A stretch of DNA of 64,000 nucleotides from Eledone cirrhosa. Lineage: Eukaryota. Shown piece after piece: positions 25,325 through 39,789 of this stretch. The translations under genes and the position numbers were made by a program. The notes beneath the pieces were generated by a model. The model was not told the origin of the DNA and made no database searches. It saw only the letters and a program-made list of their open reading frames with translations. The DNA lies in contig OZ024741.1 in the NCBI GenBank assembly GCA_964016885.1, positions 233,306,001 to 233,370,000 on the forward strand. The letters are read 5' to 3'. Each line of letters opens with the position of its first letter. The stretch's first letter is position 1.

Positions 25325-25383
25325 TCATCACCATCACCACCTCCACAATTACCAACACCCCGGCAACCATCATCACCAATCAC

Positions 25384-25415
<32 letters not shown>

Positions 25416-25432
25416 CCATCATCATCATCACC

Positions 25433-25463
<31 letters not shown>

Positions 25464-25620
25464 CCATCACCACCACAACCACCACCTCCACAACCACCAA
25501 CAACTGAAAAGCCATCATCACCACTTCCACCCCACCAACACCACCTCCACCACCACCACCACCTCCAGCTATCACCATCAACACTACCAATCACCACCAC
25601 CAACCACAATCAACATCATT
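25325..25620. repeat. (CAT/CAC)n tract
   Basis: Seen directly. Confidence 0.9.
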
Positions 25621-25905
25621 CCTGTTCTGTTTTTCTTCCAAGGTTGTATAGCTTAGACACATCTTCCTCAGTTGTCCATCTTACCATTCTGCCCTAACCA
25701 CCAACTCCCCCCCCACCCCACCCCCTGACCCTTCATTATCTTGGCTGTAAGTCTAAACACCTTGAGATCTATACTCAGCAAGTTCTTCCCTACATTTTTC
25801 ATACTCCCATAGGTATTTACTTACATACACAGACACACAAGCACAGACATGCGCATTCATATACATGCAAACATTATGGTATAGGTATGTATACAATATA
25901 TATAT

Positions 25906-26003
<98 letters not shown>

Positions 26004-26007
26004 TATA

Positions 26008-26697
26008 TCATCATCATCATCATCATCATCATTTTACGTCCGCTCTTCCCTGCTTGCAAGGGTGGGACGGGTCTTATTCAGCACAGCATCTCTCCACTCG
26101 TCACGGTCCCTCGTCATCTCCACCGTGAGCTTCAATGATCTGAGGTCTGTTCTCACCACCTCCGCCCATGTTTTTCGTGGTCTACCTCTACCACGTCTTC
26201 CTTCAACTGGCATTTTCTGGCACTTCTTCACCCATCGGTCATCCTCCATGCGCATCACATGTCCATACCACCTCAGTCTCCTCTCCCGTACACTACATTC
26301 TATCCCTCTCAGACACAGTTTCTCTCTCAACACATTTATGCTGGGTCGTTCACGCACATTTACACTGCACATCCAACGGAGCATGCTTGCCTCATTTCTC
26401 TCCAGCCGTCGCATATCTTCTGCGGTAGCTGCCCATGTCTCACTACCATGCAGCATCGCGCTCCTCACACAGGCATCATACAACCGGCCTTTCGTACGCA
26501 GGGAGAAACCCTTCTTCGTCAACAGAGGAAGCAGCTCCCTAAACTTCTTCCAACCCGTCCTTATTCTAGATACTATGGCCTCGGAACACCCTCCTCCCAT
26601 GCTAATCTGATCTCCTAGGTACTGGAAGCTATCCACCACTTCTATAGCGCCCTCTCGCATTTGAAAAATGTGTCTATCAGTGCGACTTCTACTGTCT
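26008..26697 (-). mobile_element. 5'-truncated RTE LINE with uninterrupted C-terminal ORF and (ATG)n tail
   Basis: ORF 26034-26660: FQYLGD, MLHGSETW, RRLRWYGHVMR, GRPRKTW; stop followed almost directly by (ATG)n; lies between (TA)n tracts. Confidence 0.93.
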
Positions 26698-26699
26698 AA

Positions 26700-27431
<732 letters not shown>

Positions 27432-27624
27432 TGAAGACAAACAGCTTGATTGTGGAAGTATGAGAGAGGGTGGAGGTTAGACTACCAAATACTGTACTTA
27501 AAGTCCACTTCATAGAAGAGACATTTGTTTTATACAGACTACACGCACATACACATGCATATATACACACTTACACATACACACCAGTGTTGGGAACATA
27601 ACCATTTGTTTGAATTGGGGCTTG

Positions 27625-28412
27625 TCTGATCTCTAGAACTGGTTTACTGCAACATTTATCTAATTATTTGACCTCTTGACATAGTTTGGTGCAGTAACTT
27701 ACATCTTACCTCTTGACATGGTTTGGTGTAGCGTCTCATATTCTGAGCTGGTTTGGTGCAGTGTATGAACTCTTGAGCTGGTTTGGTGCAATGTCTGACC
27801 TCTTGACCTGGTTTGGTGCACTGTCTGATCTCCTGAATTGGTTTGGTGCAGTGTCTGATCTCTTAACATAGTTTGGTGCAGTGTCTGACCTCTTAACATA
27901 GTTTGGTGCAGTGTCGACCGCATGATCTGGTTTGATGTAGTATCTTGACTTTCTTTGGTGCAGTTTCTAGCCTCTTAACATAGTTTGGTGCAGTGTATAA
28001 CCTCTTAACATAGTTTGGTGCAGTGTCTGACCTCTTAACATAGTTTGGTGCAGTGTCGACCTCATGATCTGGTTTGATGTAGTATCTTGACTTTCTTTGG
28101 TGCAGTTTCTAGCCTCTTAACATAGTTTGGTGCAGTGTATAACCTCTTAACATAGTTTGGTGCAGTGTCTAACCTCTTAACGTGGTTTGGTGCAGTGTAT
28201 AACCTCTTAACATAGTTTGGTGCAGTGTCGACCGCATGATCTGGTTTGATGTAGTATCTTGACTTTCTTTGGTGCAGTTTCTAGCATCTTAACATAGTTT
28301 GGTGCAGTGTATAACCTCTTAACATGATTTGATGCAGTGTCTAACCTCTTAACGTGGTTTGGTGCAGTGTTGACCTCACGACCTGGTTTAGTGTAGTGTC
28401 TGACCTTTTGAC
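27625..28412. repeat. 30-bp minisatellite, about 25 units, with recurring variant blocks
   Basis: Consensus cctcttaacatagtttggtgcagtgtctga; variant block catgatctggtttgatgtagtatcttgactttctttgg at ~27920, 28063 and 28235. Confidence 0.92.
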
Positions 28413-29408
28413 ATTTAGAGAAATGTCTAGGTTCTATGTTACTTTGATTCCTAGTCTAGGCTAGAGACCACATACACACACATATATACACACACACACA
28501 TACTCATACACACACATACACATAAACACATACACACATATATACACATACACATGCACACATACATACACATATGCAGACACACATTCACACACATATA
28601 CACATATGTTGATAATGATGATCAAATGCCTAATTTTTTTCTTTTTGTCAACTTACCAACAATTTGTTTTATTATTAATTTATCTCTACGGTATCAAACA
28701 ATAACAGCAGCAACACCAACAACAAGAATAGTAACAACGATAGTAACAATAAATACAATAACAAAAATAACTGTAGCATTCTATCGCTAATATATAATAA
28801 CCGGTGTGATGGTTGGATATTATCTTTGTCAACATATATATAGAGAGAGAGAGAGTGAAATAGAGACATAGAGAGAATTAATGTATGGGGTGAAAGAGGA
28901 GTATACATACTGAGTGGTGTGGAAGGTAAAAAGTCAGGGACAGACGCTCACATGCATATACATACAGATAAATACGCACACATACACAAATACACACACA
29001 CAAACAAACACAAATAATTATCATCTGGTGAACATTTGTATGAAGTATAAATTTTCTTTTCACCCTCTCCCCGTAACTTTTGATGAATAGAATAAACATA
29101 TATGAAACAATATATTCCTTTTCTCAGTTTCTTTTCCCCATATTGCTGCATTCTTTTAATTACTATTTTTGTAGAGATTGAGAATAAACAATATAATAAA
29201 CAGTTTTAGCCAAATATAAGCACAGTGAATTCATCTATTTATTTTTACTAATGCACCTATGTATTTTTATTTATTCGCCTACTGCCAACAGTAGTAAACA
29301 TATATTCCCAAGTGACCTGTCATGTGATGGGTAACACTAATAACTGTACAGCTTGGTCTCTGTCTATCACAAGATATATATATATATATACATACATATA
29401 TATATACG

Positions 29409-29454
<46 letters not shown>

Positions 29455-29499
29455 GAAAAGATGAATATAAAATGAAAGTGCTTTTATAAAGGAATTTAT

Positions 29500-30255
29500 T
29501 AGGTATTGACATATGTTTCTGTAACAGACGGAATACCTATGTATCGCTGCTTGCGTAATCATATAATGTTAGCAAGTATTCGATAGCAGATGTATAATCA
29601 GTTGTCACTTCTTCAGAGATATTGGATAAGTTGGAAAAAATCAGAAAAATCAAAGTATTTATATTAGTTGTAAGAAAGGAAGAAGAGAAGGGATAGTATA
29701 TGACAGATGGCAATTCAATTTGCTGGTAAACAAGTATATAGAAGGTTTTTAATGAGAATACAATGAGTATATGGCTTATTTTATCTAAATAAGAATTTTT
29801 GGGAGTGCCTATTTTAATCTATATTTGACCAATTGAACAATGGACAGGGCTGGTCGTTTGGTGTAGTAGTATTAATACAGATATAAAGTGTCAAGTAAGG
29901 AAGAGAGAGATTTTCACTGCTACTGTATAACAACGATGCTGGTATATGTATTAGAGAATTGGATTAAGAAATCTCATTTTATCTATAGCAGTTTATATTA
30001 AATGGTAAAGAATAGAAGAGTTGATAGAATTAAGACTAATAGAGAATGTTAATATGTATTTTGACAATCAAACGGAGATGGAGACAGGCGTTCAATCCTG
30101 GTAGCGTTTGTAATATGAAAATGTAGATTTCAAGCGATGGTTAGAGTATAACGATCGCTCTATTCTGTTATTTAATAAAATATTTTTGGATTTCATAATA
30201 CAAAATTTGGGTAAAATACTGCTATAGTCGGAAAATGTGGCAGCACCTATTACAT
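29500..30255 (-). pseudogene. Highly decayed PLE reverse transcriptase, not in the ORF track
   Basis: Manual minus-strand translation: VIGAATFSD...FSYYKRYQD, then LNSINSSI and, after a frameshift, FTI; resembles PLE RYxDD and LNxxxxxIKFT motifs. Confidence 0.5.
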
Positions 30256-32192
30256 ATATGTGTGTTAGTATGTATATATATATGTGTGTTAGTATGTATA
30301 CATATATGTGTATTAGTATGTATATATATATATGTGTGTGTATGTACCATATATACTCAAATATAAACTGACTTCTATTTTATGTCTAAGAAATGGGCAA
30401 AATGTAAATCCCGTTTGTAAGCTGAAGTAGCTAATCAACACATTATATTTAGATGGCATCGTCTTGAAATTTTCAAGTGTATATAATATATATAGAAATT
30501 TTTTTTTTTTTTGAAGTATCGTTTAGAGTACAGGTTTAGTTTCACAAATCCATTACATAATGAGTTTCCATTATATTAAGTTTCAACAAGTTATTCAAAA
30601 TGTTTGTTTACTTCTGGCCACTTACATGCTAGGAGTACTTTCAAAACAAGAGATTAAATAAGAGGATTTTGTAGCGGAATTAATAAAGTAGAAGAGGGAG
30701 GGACAACAAGTGAGAGAGTCAGAGAGGAGAGAGCAAGAGCAATAAAACACAACAGCAGTAAGATTTCAAACTCATTTAAAATTGAAAGAAAAAATATTGT
30801 CAGAGAAAAACATGTATATGTACATGTGTGAATGTGTATATGTGTCTGTGCATGCATGTGTGTATGTGTATGGGATATTTATGTATTAAAAAATTCAAAT
30901 TATAAAAAATTGTTGGGGATATTTTCAAATAACACCAATGACTATGTAGTAAATGTAGAAAAATTGTAAAATATTCACTCCAGATAATTTAGCACCTGAT
31001 TTACATAGTATTTGAAGCTGGAGAATATTGGCAAAATATTGACCTTGAATGTAAGTCAACCCCCATTTTACCAATGATTTTTCAGCTTATATTTGAGCAT
31101 ATACAGTATATGTATCATCATCATCATCATCATCTTCGTTTAACGTCCATCTTCCATGCTAGCATCGGTTTATGTATGCATATATATATGTGTATGTATA
31201 TATATATATATGGATTACCTAGCTCCGTTAATATGGCCCCGGGCTTAAGCCCAACAGCTTTTTTTTTAACTTGATCTCCATTCTCTCGGTTACTTACTTA
31301 CATGTACCATTGTCCCTGTGTTCCCCCTTCTATTGGTATGTTTATTTCTTTTTTTCTCTTTTTTTCCTTTTATCTTGCTTTTTTTTCTTCAATAATCTAA
31401 TTAAGTCTGTATCATTAAAATTCAAACCCAACCGATTAGAGAGTGTATACATATATTAATCAGTGAGGAAGATGACTTTGTGTGGTATATATATGATGAT
31501 GGTGGTGCTACATTAAAATGAACCAAGCCCACTCTATAAAGTGGTAGTGCTGGTATCATGATGAAAAGTATCCAGCCTACTCTGTAAAGTGAAAGTGCTG
31601 GTGTCACAATAAAACACACTCAGTGTAAAGTGTTTGGAATTAAGGGAGACATCTAGCTGTAGAAACCATGCCAAACTGAAACATAAGGAAGATGTGGTCA
31701 ACCGGCATGTCTGGTCTCAGAACAAAACAACTTGTCCAACCCATACCAATATGGAACACGGGGTGAAATGGGAAAAATGGTGATGTGGAGGATGTACAAT
31801 CCATAAACAAAGCTTTGTTACAGTTTGGAAACCAAACATGACTTATTCTGTCCATAAAACAATGAATGTACAAATGTAAAATGATATCTCCATTCTGACC
31901 AAATAAATCTATCATGTCAGCTTGACATTCCGTCAATTTGTTTACAATGTGAAATGGCAGCATGCCATACCTTCAGCCATAGAATCTCTGAAATAGCTTG
32001 CACATTAATGGAAACTGAACCATTTATAGGTGCAAGTCTATCCGTATGGTTAAGAAGCTCACTTTCCAACCACATAGTTCTGGCTTCGATCCCACCAAGC
32101 AACACCTTGTTACAAGTGTATACTGCTGTAGGCTCATGTTGAGTGAATCGTTGTGAGGGAAACTACATAGACATACACTTTGAAGGACCCTG

Positions 32193-32223
<31 letters not shown>

Positions 32224-32224
32224 C

Positions 32225-33030
32225 TAATTAAAATGCTGAATGCCTCTCAGACCAAAAATAAATGTTACAGCAAGCAGAGAATATTAAGTTGATTTATGGA
32301 GAACATTTTAAGCCCACAACAGCTGAAGCCAAATTTCGCTCATCAGTTAATCAAAAATCAGCTTACGCTTTGCTCAAGTGGTCTGGATAATTTTCTTTAA
32401 CAAAAAGCCATCCTTAGCACATAATCTATCTGTGTTTCAAGTTGGAAGGAAATCTGTTGAGAGCTTTAAAAGTTATGACAGAAAATAAGACTCATATGAG
32501 TATTTGCATACAAATTTCCTATTCATTTTTAAAAAATCGATGCAGACTGGAAATTATTGATTCTTTTAAACTTCAAAGTACGTAAGAAATCAAATGAGCA
32601 TGAGCCCCACACACGTGTCAAGTTTCATCAAGATCGGTTTGGTAGTTTTTTAGTTTTAGGTTCACAAACAAATCCACAACAAACACAGACAGAAATTGCC
32701 ATTTATGTCTATAGATAGGTGGTTCAACCCCCATTAAGGTGTCTTAATATTATTGAAATTTGCTGAAATGTTGTGAATAGGCATCATATCTTGTCATTTA
32801 CCTATGGTTTAAATTTCATATAAATCGAAGGGAAAAAGTTTTCAGCGGAGGTTTGAGGACCCAGCCGGGGAACTCTTTGATTAAAATGAAATATATGTAA
32901 GAAATAAAATGGGCATGAACCCCCCATACGTGTCAAGTTTCATCAAGATCGGTTTGGTTGTTTTTGAGTTTTAGGTTCACAAACAAACACACAAACAGAC
33001 AGAAATTGCCATTTATGTATATACATATAT
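32225..33030 (+). mobile_element. Non-autonomous Helitron/Helentron-like repeat with duplicated 3' segment
   Basis: gtgtcaagtttcatcaagatcggtttgg...acagacagaaattgccatttatgt occurs twice (~32580-32712 and ~32895-33022); class assigned from resemblance to Lep1/HINE-type ends only. Confidence 0.5.
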
Positions 33031-33134
33031 GCACTTACCTATTATCCTTCTTTCCTCAGCCATCCTCTTCCTACCCTAAACCTCCTGACAGAGTAGAAAG
33101 GAACCTTCAGTTGAATCAATGTCTGACAATTTCC

Positions 33135-33670
33135 CTACTGCTGGTGCCATGATAAAATGCACCCAGCACACTCTGTAAAATGGTAGGGGTTAGGAAGAGC
33201 TTCTATCTATAGACACCATGCTAATAAGGTTTGATAGGACATTTCAGACACAACATGACAACCTCTTTAGTGTTGATGTCAAAATGCACTCAGTAAACTC
33301 AGTAAAATGGTTGGTGATATGAAGGACATCCAGCTATAGAAACTTTGCCAAAGAGGGTCAAGAGGACTCTTCACTTGTGTCAAGGGCACATCAAATTATC
33401 TATTTCTGGTGACACAAAATGCACCAGGTACACTCTGTAAAGTGATTGGTAATAAGAAGAGTATCCAGCCATAGAAAACTTGCCAAACTTAGTCCTGGTG
33501 CCATGATAAAAAGCATTCAGTGAATTTTGTAAACTGCTGAAATATATGTAAGGTAGATACAGCTCCGCCTTTCTGAGAAGTCAATAGCTTGAATTAAATA
33601 CTGACTTGGTCTGTGATGACCTGTCTAACCCTTGCAAGCAGAGAAAACATGTTAAATGATGATGATGATA
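33135..33670 (+). mobile_element. Tandem decayed copies of the RTE-derived module, ending in an RTE tail
   Basis: Four variants of ggtgcca...aaaatgcacccagcacactctgtaaa...ggttaggaag; tail cccttgcaagcag...taaatgatgatg. Confidence 0.65.
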
Positions 33671-35162
33671 ATCATATACATATATTCTCAATGGCTGATA
33701 ACCCTGGAGTTCTGTGTCCTTTGTTTGTATTTTTATTTTTTTAATATAATTTTTTAAGGTTTCCCCTTAAAAAATTGTTTTTTGTTGTTTTGTTTCTGTT
33801 CATTGTCTTGACCTCTCTTTGTTAATTTTGTTAAGTATATATATATATAAGTATATGAAAGTCATCATTTTGTGAAAGCAACATGGGTCGATATATCTGA
33901 GTCAACATATATATACACATACACATATATGTGTATATGTGTGTGTGTGTATGTATATGCATGTATAAATGACTAAGAAAACGGTGAGAAAACTGAAGGA
34001 AAAAAAAGCGGTGATCTTTGAACAAAGTCCTTTATAATAGTTGTTCTGCAATGAGTTAAAAGGACACTCCTTTGTTACTCTCACTGTCCATGATGCTGTG
34101 GATCAGTGGATGGCTTGATGGAAGCCTGTAACTACCAAGGCTTTTGAACACCAGTTGTGATATAACATTAAAACAAAATAGATAATATATTGTTATAAAG
34201 ACCTGCTCCACTCCCAGACCAATTAGATTCAATTATATTATATGTATGCAAGAACCAATTTCAGCTGTGTCTATTGTTTATTCTATAAATTTCAGATATG
34301 CTAAGCATACCATATGTTCCAGTTTTTTGTCAGAAATATTCTTTTTATTCTCTACTTTCATGTTTATTGTTTTACTTTGTTTTACTATTGTATATGATTC
34401 ATGTCTTTGTTGTTATTGAAAATGATGTTGATCATGATGATGCTGATGTTGGTGTTAACGTTGTTGTTGTTGTTGTTGTTGATGAAATTGTTGATGTTAA
34501 TGTTGTTAATGTTAATGTTGTTGATAGTCTTGATGAAATTGTTGATGTTGTTGTTGATGTTCCTGATGAAATTGTTGATGTTGTTCATCATAAAATTGTT
34601 GATGTTAATGTTCATGTTGTTTGGACCAGTGGTTCTTAACCTTTTTTTGCTTTATACCCCATCACAACATCTCAAAACAATTTATGATTTCCCATCACTA
34701 CCACCCCTTACCAACATAAACATGTTTGGTGTTACAAAGATAAAATGCAATAATTTACAAAATTTATCACTTCCAAAAACATTAATTAATAATATCGCTT
34801 TAAAATTACAATATTTCCCCACCCATTCCCCAAAAAATCCAAATTGTTTCCCACCCACTCCAGAATTACTGGTTTAGAGTCAGGTTAACCCTGATTGACT
34901 TGTACATATTTTATCAACACTCAACAAAGGGATAAATGGAGAAGTTGACCATAACAGGATTTGAACAGTAATACACACAAACTAGTCAATTCAATGGCTT
35001 CTGTTGTCTGAGTATCTGCATCTGGAAAGCTCCTCTCAAAAGCATAGGCCTGGGGAAGAGGAAGGGAGTGGTTAGGTTGGCTTTTTTTGTGGAAGACAAA
35101 CAGTTACTCATGCATGTAAGTCTCTCCTCTCCACATCACCAATATTGCCCAAAGGAAAGACC

Positions 35163-35268
35163 AGGGACAGTTCAGTTTGGCACCAGTTCTCTCACAGGTG
35201 CAAGTGCAGTTCAGTTTGACACTAGTCTTCTTGCAGGTACAAGGACAGTTCAGTTTGGTACCAACCTC
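35163..35268. repeat. 39-bp tandem repeat, about 2.6 copies
   Basis: ggacagttcagtttggcaccagttctctcacaggtgcaa. Confidence 0.75.
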
Positions 35269-35504
35269 ACCACAGAAATTGCTATCAAAATGCAAAGAAC
35301 CAGACCAAATACTACAAGACATCCTGTTCGATGCTCTTACAATTTAGCTTCCAGTCACTCCACTTCTCTTTGTCAGTGTACCCTTAATTTAGATGGTTGA
35401 CTTAATCAATATCTCCAACTGCAGAAACCTTTATACAGGCCATGGACACTGCCTTTCATCCCCTCATTATGTTATATTACCCAGGGGCCCATTTTTTATG
35501 AAAA

Positions 35505-35730
35505 TTGTGGATTGGCAGTATCAGTAAAGTATCAGACACCTTGCTTTGCAGCATAGAGTTATGGTCCTTTACGTTCTGAGTTCAAATCCTGCTAAGGTTA
35601 GCTTTGCCTTTCATCCTTACAGGGTCGATAAAATAAAGCACCAGTAATGCACTGGTTCGATTTAATCGATTCCCCCCACCCCTACCCCCCAAAATATTGC
35701 TAGCCTTGTGCCTAACGTAGAAACAATTAT
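35505..35730 (+). mobile_element. Nin-like SINE
   Basis: gagttcaaatcc and gcctttcatccttacagggtcgataaaataaagcaccag. Confidence 0.82.
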
Positions 35731-36697
35731 TTGTATCATGGCCATGGGCATGGTTAAAGGGTTAAGATGTTCACTTTGTAGGGATGAGGTCTTGGGTTCA
35801 ACACCACTACGTGATGTCTTCCACACACGACTTTTACCATAGGTTGGGTTGGCCCATGTCTTGTAGGGGAAATTAAGTAGATAGCAACTGTGTGGAGGCC
35901 CATCGAATGAATTGCATTTGTAATTCAAAGGTCCAACTTTCACACCAGTAGCATGCAGAGAGGAGATAAGAGGGTGCAATGACCCTAAGCATCCATATCA
36001 AAGAAGGTGGTGGGGGCATCAAACCAAAGTATTGTGCAGGGTTCTCCATTCAATACAGTTGCTGAGTACCGCATCCACTTAGATTTCTCAAGTGGCCATC
36101 CAAAATATGCACCCAGTTTTCTGCCCAGATCAAAAAGGCCATATATTTGAGTTTTAGGAGTATAGAATCATGGAGTTAGCTTCAGGCATCACCAAACCTC
36201 TGCATGCCACTACTTGACACATGTCGTTCTGATTCTTTAAATTATATCATGGACAGATGTGTGTTTGTAAAATACTTACCCACATGTGTTTATTTCACCA
36301 TCATCCTTTGACCTAGTTAGTCGGAATACTCCCGATTCCTTTGCATACGATACAATCCAATATTGCTATCTCCAGCTCTCTGAGGTGGATTCCTGGATCT
36401 CATAAGATAGTCTCTGGATAAGTCATTTACTCAGTAAGAATACTGTTCAGTTAATCAAACAACTGAATGCTCATCGTTGAAACAGACAAAGGATCTATTT
36501 ATTAATCTAGTCAGTGAAGTGAGACAGAATCTGTAACAGTTTACAAGCTTAGTTCTATTGTACAGCAACTCGACCCATATTATTTAGAATTTGCTCATCA
36601 TTTATTCATATCTGGTCATCACCACTACATACATATATTGGCCTAGCTTCATCATCTTCATCATCATCATTTTCACCTCAACAACCACCACCATAAT

Positions 36698-37165
36698 TAC
36701 CACCACCAACACCACCTCTACCATCATCATTATCATAAAAACCATCACCACCACCACCAACACCACCTCTACCATCATCATTATCATAAAAACCATCACC
36801 ACCACCACCAACACCACCTCTACCATCATCATTATCATAAAAACCATCACCACCACCACCAACACCACCTCTACCATCATCATTATCATAAAAACCATCA
36901 CCACCACCACCAACACCACCTCTACCATCATCATTATCATAAAAACCATCACCACCACCACCAACACCACCTCTACCATCATCATTATCATAAAAACCAT
37001 CACCACCACCACCAACACCACCTCTACCATCATCATTATCATAAAAACCATCACCACCACCACCAACACCACCTCTACCATCATCATTATCATAAAAACC
37101 ATCACCACCACCACCAACACCACCTCTACCATCATCATTATCATAAAAACCATCACCACCACCAC
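36698..37165. repeat. Near-perfect 51-bp minisatellite, about 9 copies
   Basis: accaccaccaacaccacctctaccatcatcattatcataaaaaccatcacc; period checked 36736 to 36787. Confidence 0.95.
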
Positions 37166-37539
37166 CGTCCTTATCTTCATTCTCATCGTTTTGCTTGGAT
37201 GTCCTTTTCTATCCGACAACACTGCCGCCACCTTCATCCAAATTTTGCCTTTCAATACCTCACTTTCTCTCTTTCTCTCATCCTTTCTCTATGTGACTGG
37301 CCACACAGGAAAACAGATATTTTATGTATATATTTGAACTATTTAAATGATTAGTGCTTTCTCCAAACACCCTCATACACACACACACGCGCGCGCACAC
37401 ACTCTCTCTCTCTCTATCTATCTGTCTATCTGTCTATCTGTCTATATCTCTTTCCTCTATCTCTCAATCACTTCTATCTTGATTTCCTTCACTTCAACAG
37501 CTCTCATCAAAACTCCACCCAGATATGTATGTCTGTGTT

Positions 37540-37603
<64 letters not shown>

Positions 37604-37628
37604 CATATATATATACATATATATATAT

Positions 37629-37773
<145 letters not shown>

Positions 37774-37788
37774 CATATATATATATAT

Positions 37789-37914
<126 letters not shown>

Positions 37915-38219
37915 CAACAAAAGGCCAGACTGGAAACATTCTTAAAAGTTTTAATGTTGCAAAAACACTATACGTACTTCAATGGCCTAGTTACATCATC
38001 CAATTATGATGCAAGACTTAGGCAATTTCTGAAGGTGTGCATTGTAAAAGCAAAGAATAGAGAAGAAATTTGATTCAGGGATGGCTTGCCAATTTGGTGT
38101 TATTGTAATGGCAAACCATTCCTGGTGCTTTTGTTTATTGCATCACGGTTTACTAACTGGAATGACCAGTTCTACCCATTGGTAAACCACACAGTATAAA
38201 TGGTATATATATATATATA

Positions 38220-39350
38220 GTGGTAGAACACTCGAAGGTAATATCCGTAGTGGTAGAGCACTCAGTCCATGGGACGACTTAGCTTCTACCTTTAATGAGC
38301 TAGGACTTAGGATAACAGTAGCTACCAACCTCTCTAGCATAGATTTCTTAGACATTAACTTAGACCTTCGCACACACACACCTACAGACCCTTCCATAAG
38401 CTAAACGAAAAACTCAATTACATACACAAGGACTCATGACACCCTCCCACTGTTTTTAGAAACTTCGTAAATAATATCAGTACTAGAATCTCAAACCTCT
38501 CCTCTAATAAGGCTATCTTTGACAGGGTGGCACCCTACTATAACACGGCATCAGCTAAAAGCGGCTTCTCGCAACCTATCACTTACTCTCCCACTAACAA
38601 CAACAGCAATAAGAAAAGAAAGCATAACAATAGACAAACTATCTGGTTCTCTCCTCCCTTCTCATTCAATGTTAAAACCAATGTAGGCAAAAAATGTCTA
38701 GCCCTCTTAGATAGACACTTTCCCATAGGTCATAAATACCGCTCCATCTTTAACCAACACAAAGTAAAACTAGGATACTCCTGCGCTAAGAACATGAAGG
38801 CCCACATCACCAACAGCCCTAACAGCAAAACCCCACCAGGGTGCTCTTGCCGTAAGCCTGAAGGTTGTCCTCTTCAACAACAATGCAACACACCCGCTGT
38901 AGTTTATGAAGCCGTGGTCACTTCCAACCGACCAAATCAACCACAGGAGGTAAAATCCTATGTGGGTATGGCAGAGGGCCGATTTAAGGAATGCTTCCTG
39001 AACCACCAGGTACCCGGACAGACGTTCATCCACGAAACTCGCGAGCCACGTATGGTCTCTCAAGGACTCAAGTATAGACTACTCCATTCAATGGAAAGCC
39101 ATCACTAAGTTCAAGCCATACGCAAGGGGCAATCGGTATGGACTATGTATTGATGAACGAATAAATATTCTAAAAAGATTACGCAATAGTGATTGCCTAA
39201 ACATGAGAAATGAATTCTTCACACATTGTCCACACATCTGGAAACACCTCTTACATAACTACAAAGCTCCGGATTGAATTACAACAACAGCCTAATTTTC
39301 TTATCAACTAGAAACTTTCGAACTTTCGCAGTTATCTCCTTTACAACTAG
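38220..39350 (+). pseudogene. 5'-truncated PLE: RT C-terminus plus GIY-YIG, disrupted
   Basis: IDFLDINLDL...NYIHKDS*HPPTVF...RQTIWFSPPFSFNVKTNVGK...CSCRKPEGCPL...VVYEA...SYVGMAEGRFKE; paralogous to 13655-16430. Confidence 0.92.
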
Positions 39351-39371
39351 TATATATATATATATATATAT

Positions 39372-39458
<87 letters not shown>

Positions 39459-39535
39459 TTGAAGGGATGGGCAAGGTATACATATATATATATATACCTT
39501 GCCCATCCCGTCAATCTATCTTATTTCTCATTCTT

Positions 39536-39571
39536 TCTTCTGATGATGGACTAGCGTCCGAAACTTTAAGA
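39536..39571 (+). ncRNA. Minimal hammerhead motif (family A)
   Basis: tctt-CTGATGA-t-ggac-tagc-gtcc-GAA-ACTT-T-aaga; perfect stems I and II; stem III is ACGT in the 49.8-kb copy. Confidence 0.8.
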
Positions 39572-39789
39572 CCCTCTTCCTGCTATTTAAAGCCTTAACC
39601 TAATATATTCCTTCCATATATTGTAATGATTGTGTTGTTATTTCTGTTTACCTTTTACATACATATATCATCATTATCATCATCATCATCATTTTACGCA
39701 GGGAAAAGCGGACGTAAAATGATGATGAGGATGATGATGATGATGATATATATTGATATGTGTGCACACATACACACACACACTTCTCC

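Noticed and set aside
27625-28412. Regular repeats resembling a CRISPR array
   Set aside because: Head-to-tail 30-bp units without unique spacers; no cas genes; eukaryotic context.
31640-31963. 107-aa ORF with ordinary composition
   Set aside because: Its 3' part runs into an RTE-derived repeat and it has no recognisable motif.
36591-37337. 248-aa Thr/Ile repeat ORF with hydrophobic ends
   Set aside because: 51-bp array built from ACC/ATC triplets, open on both strands, with no ATG start or other support.
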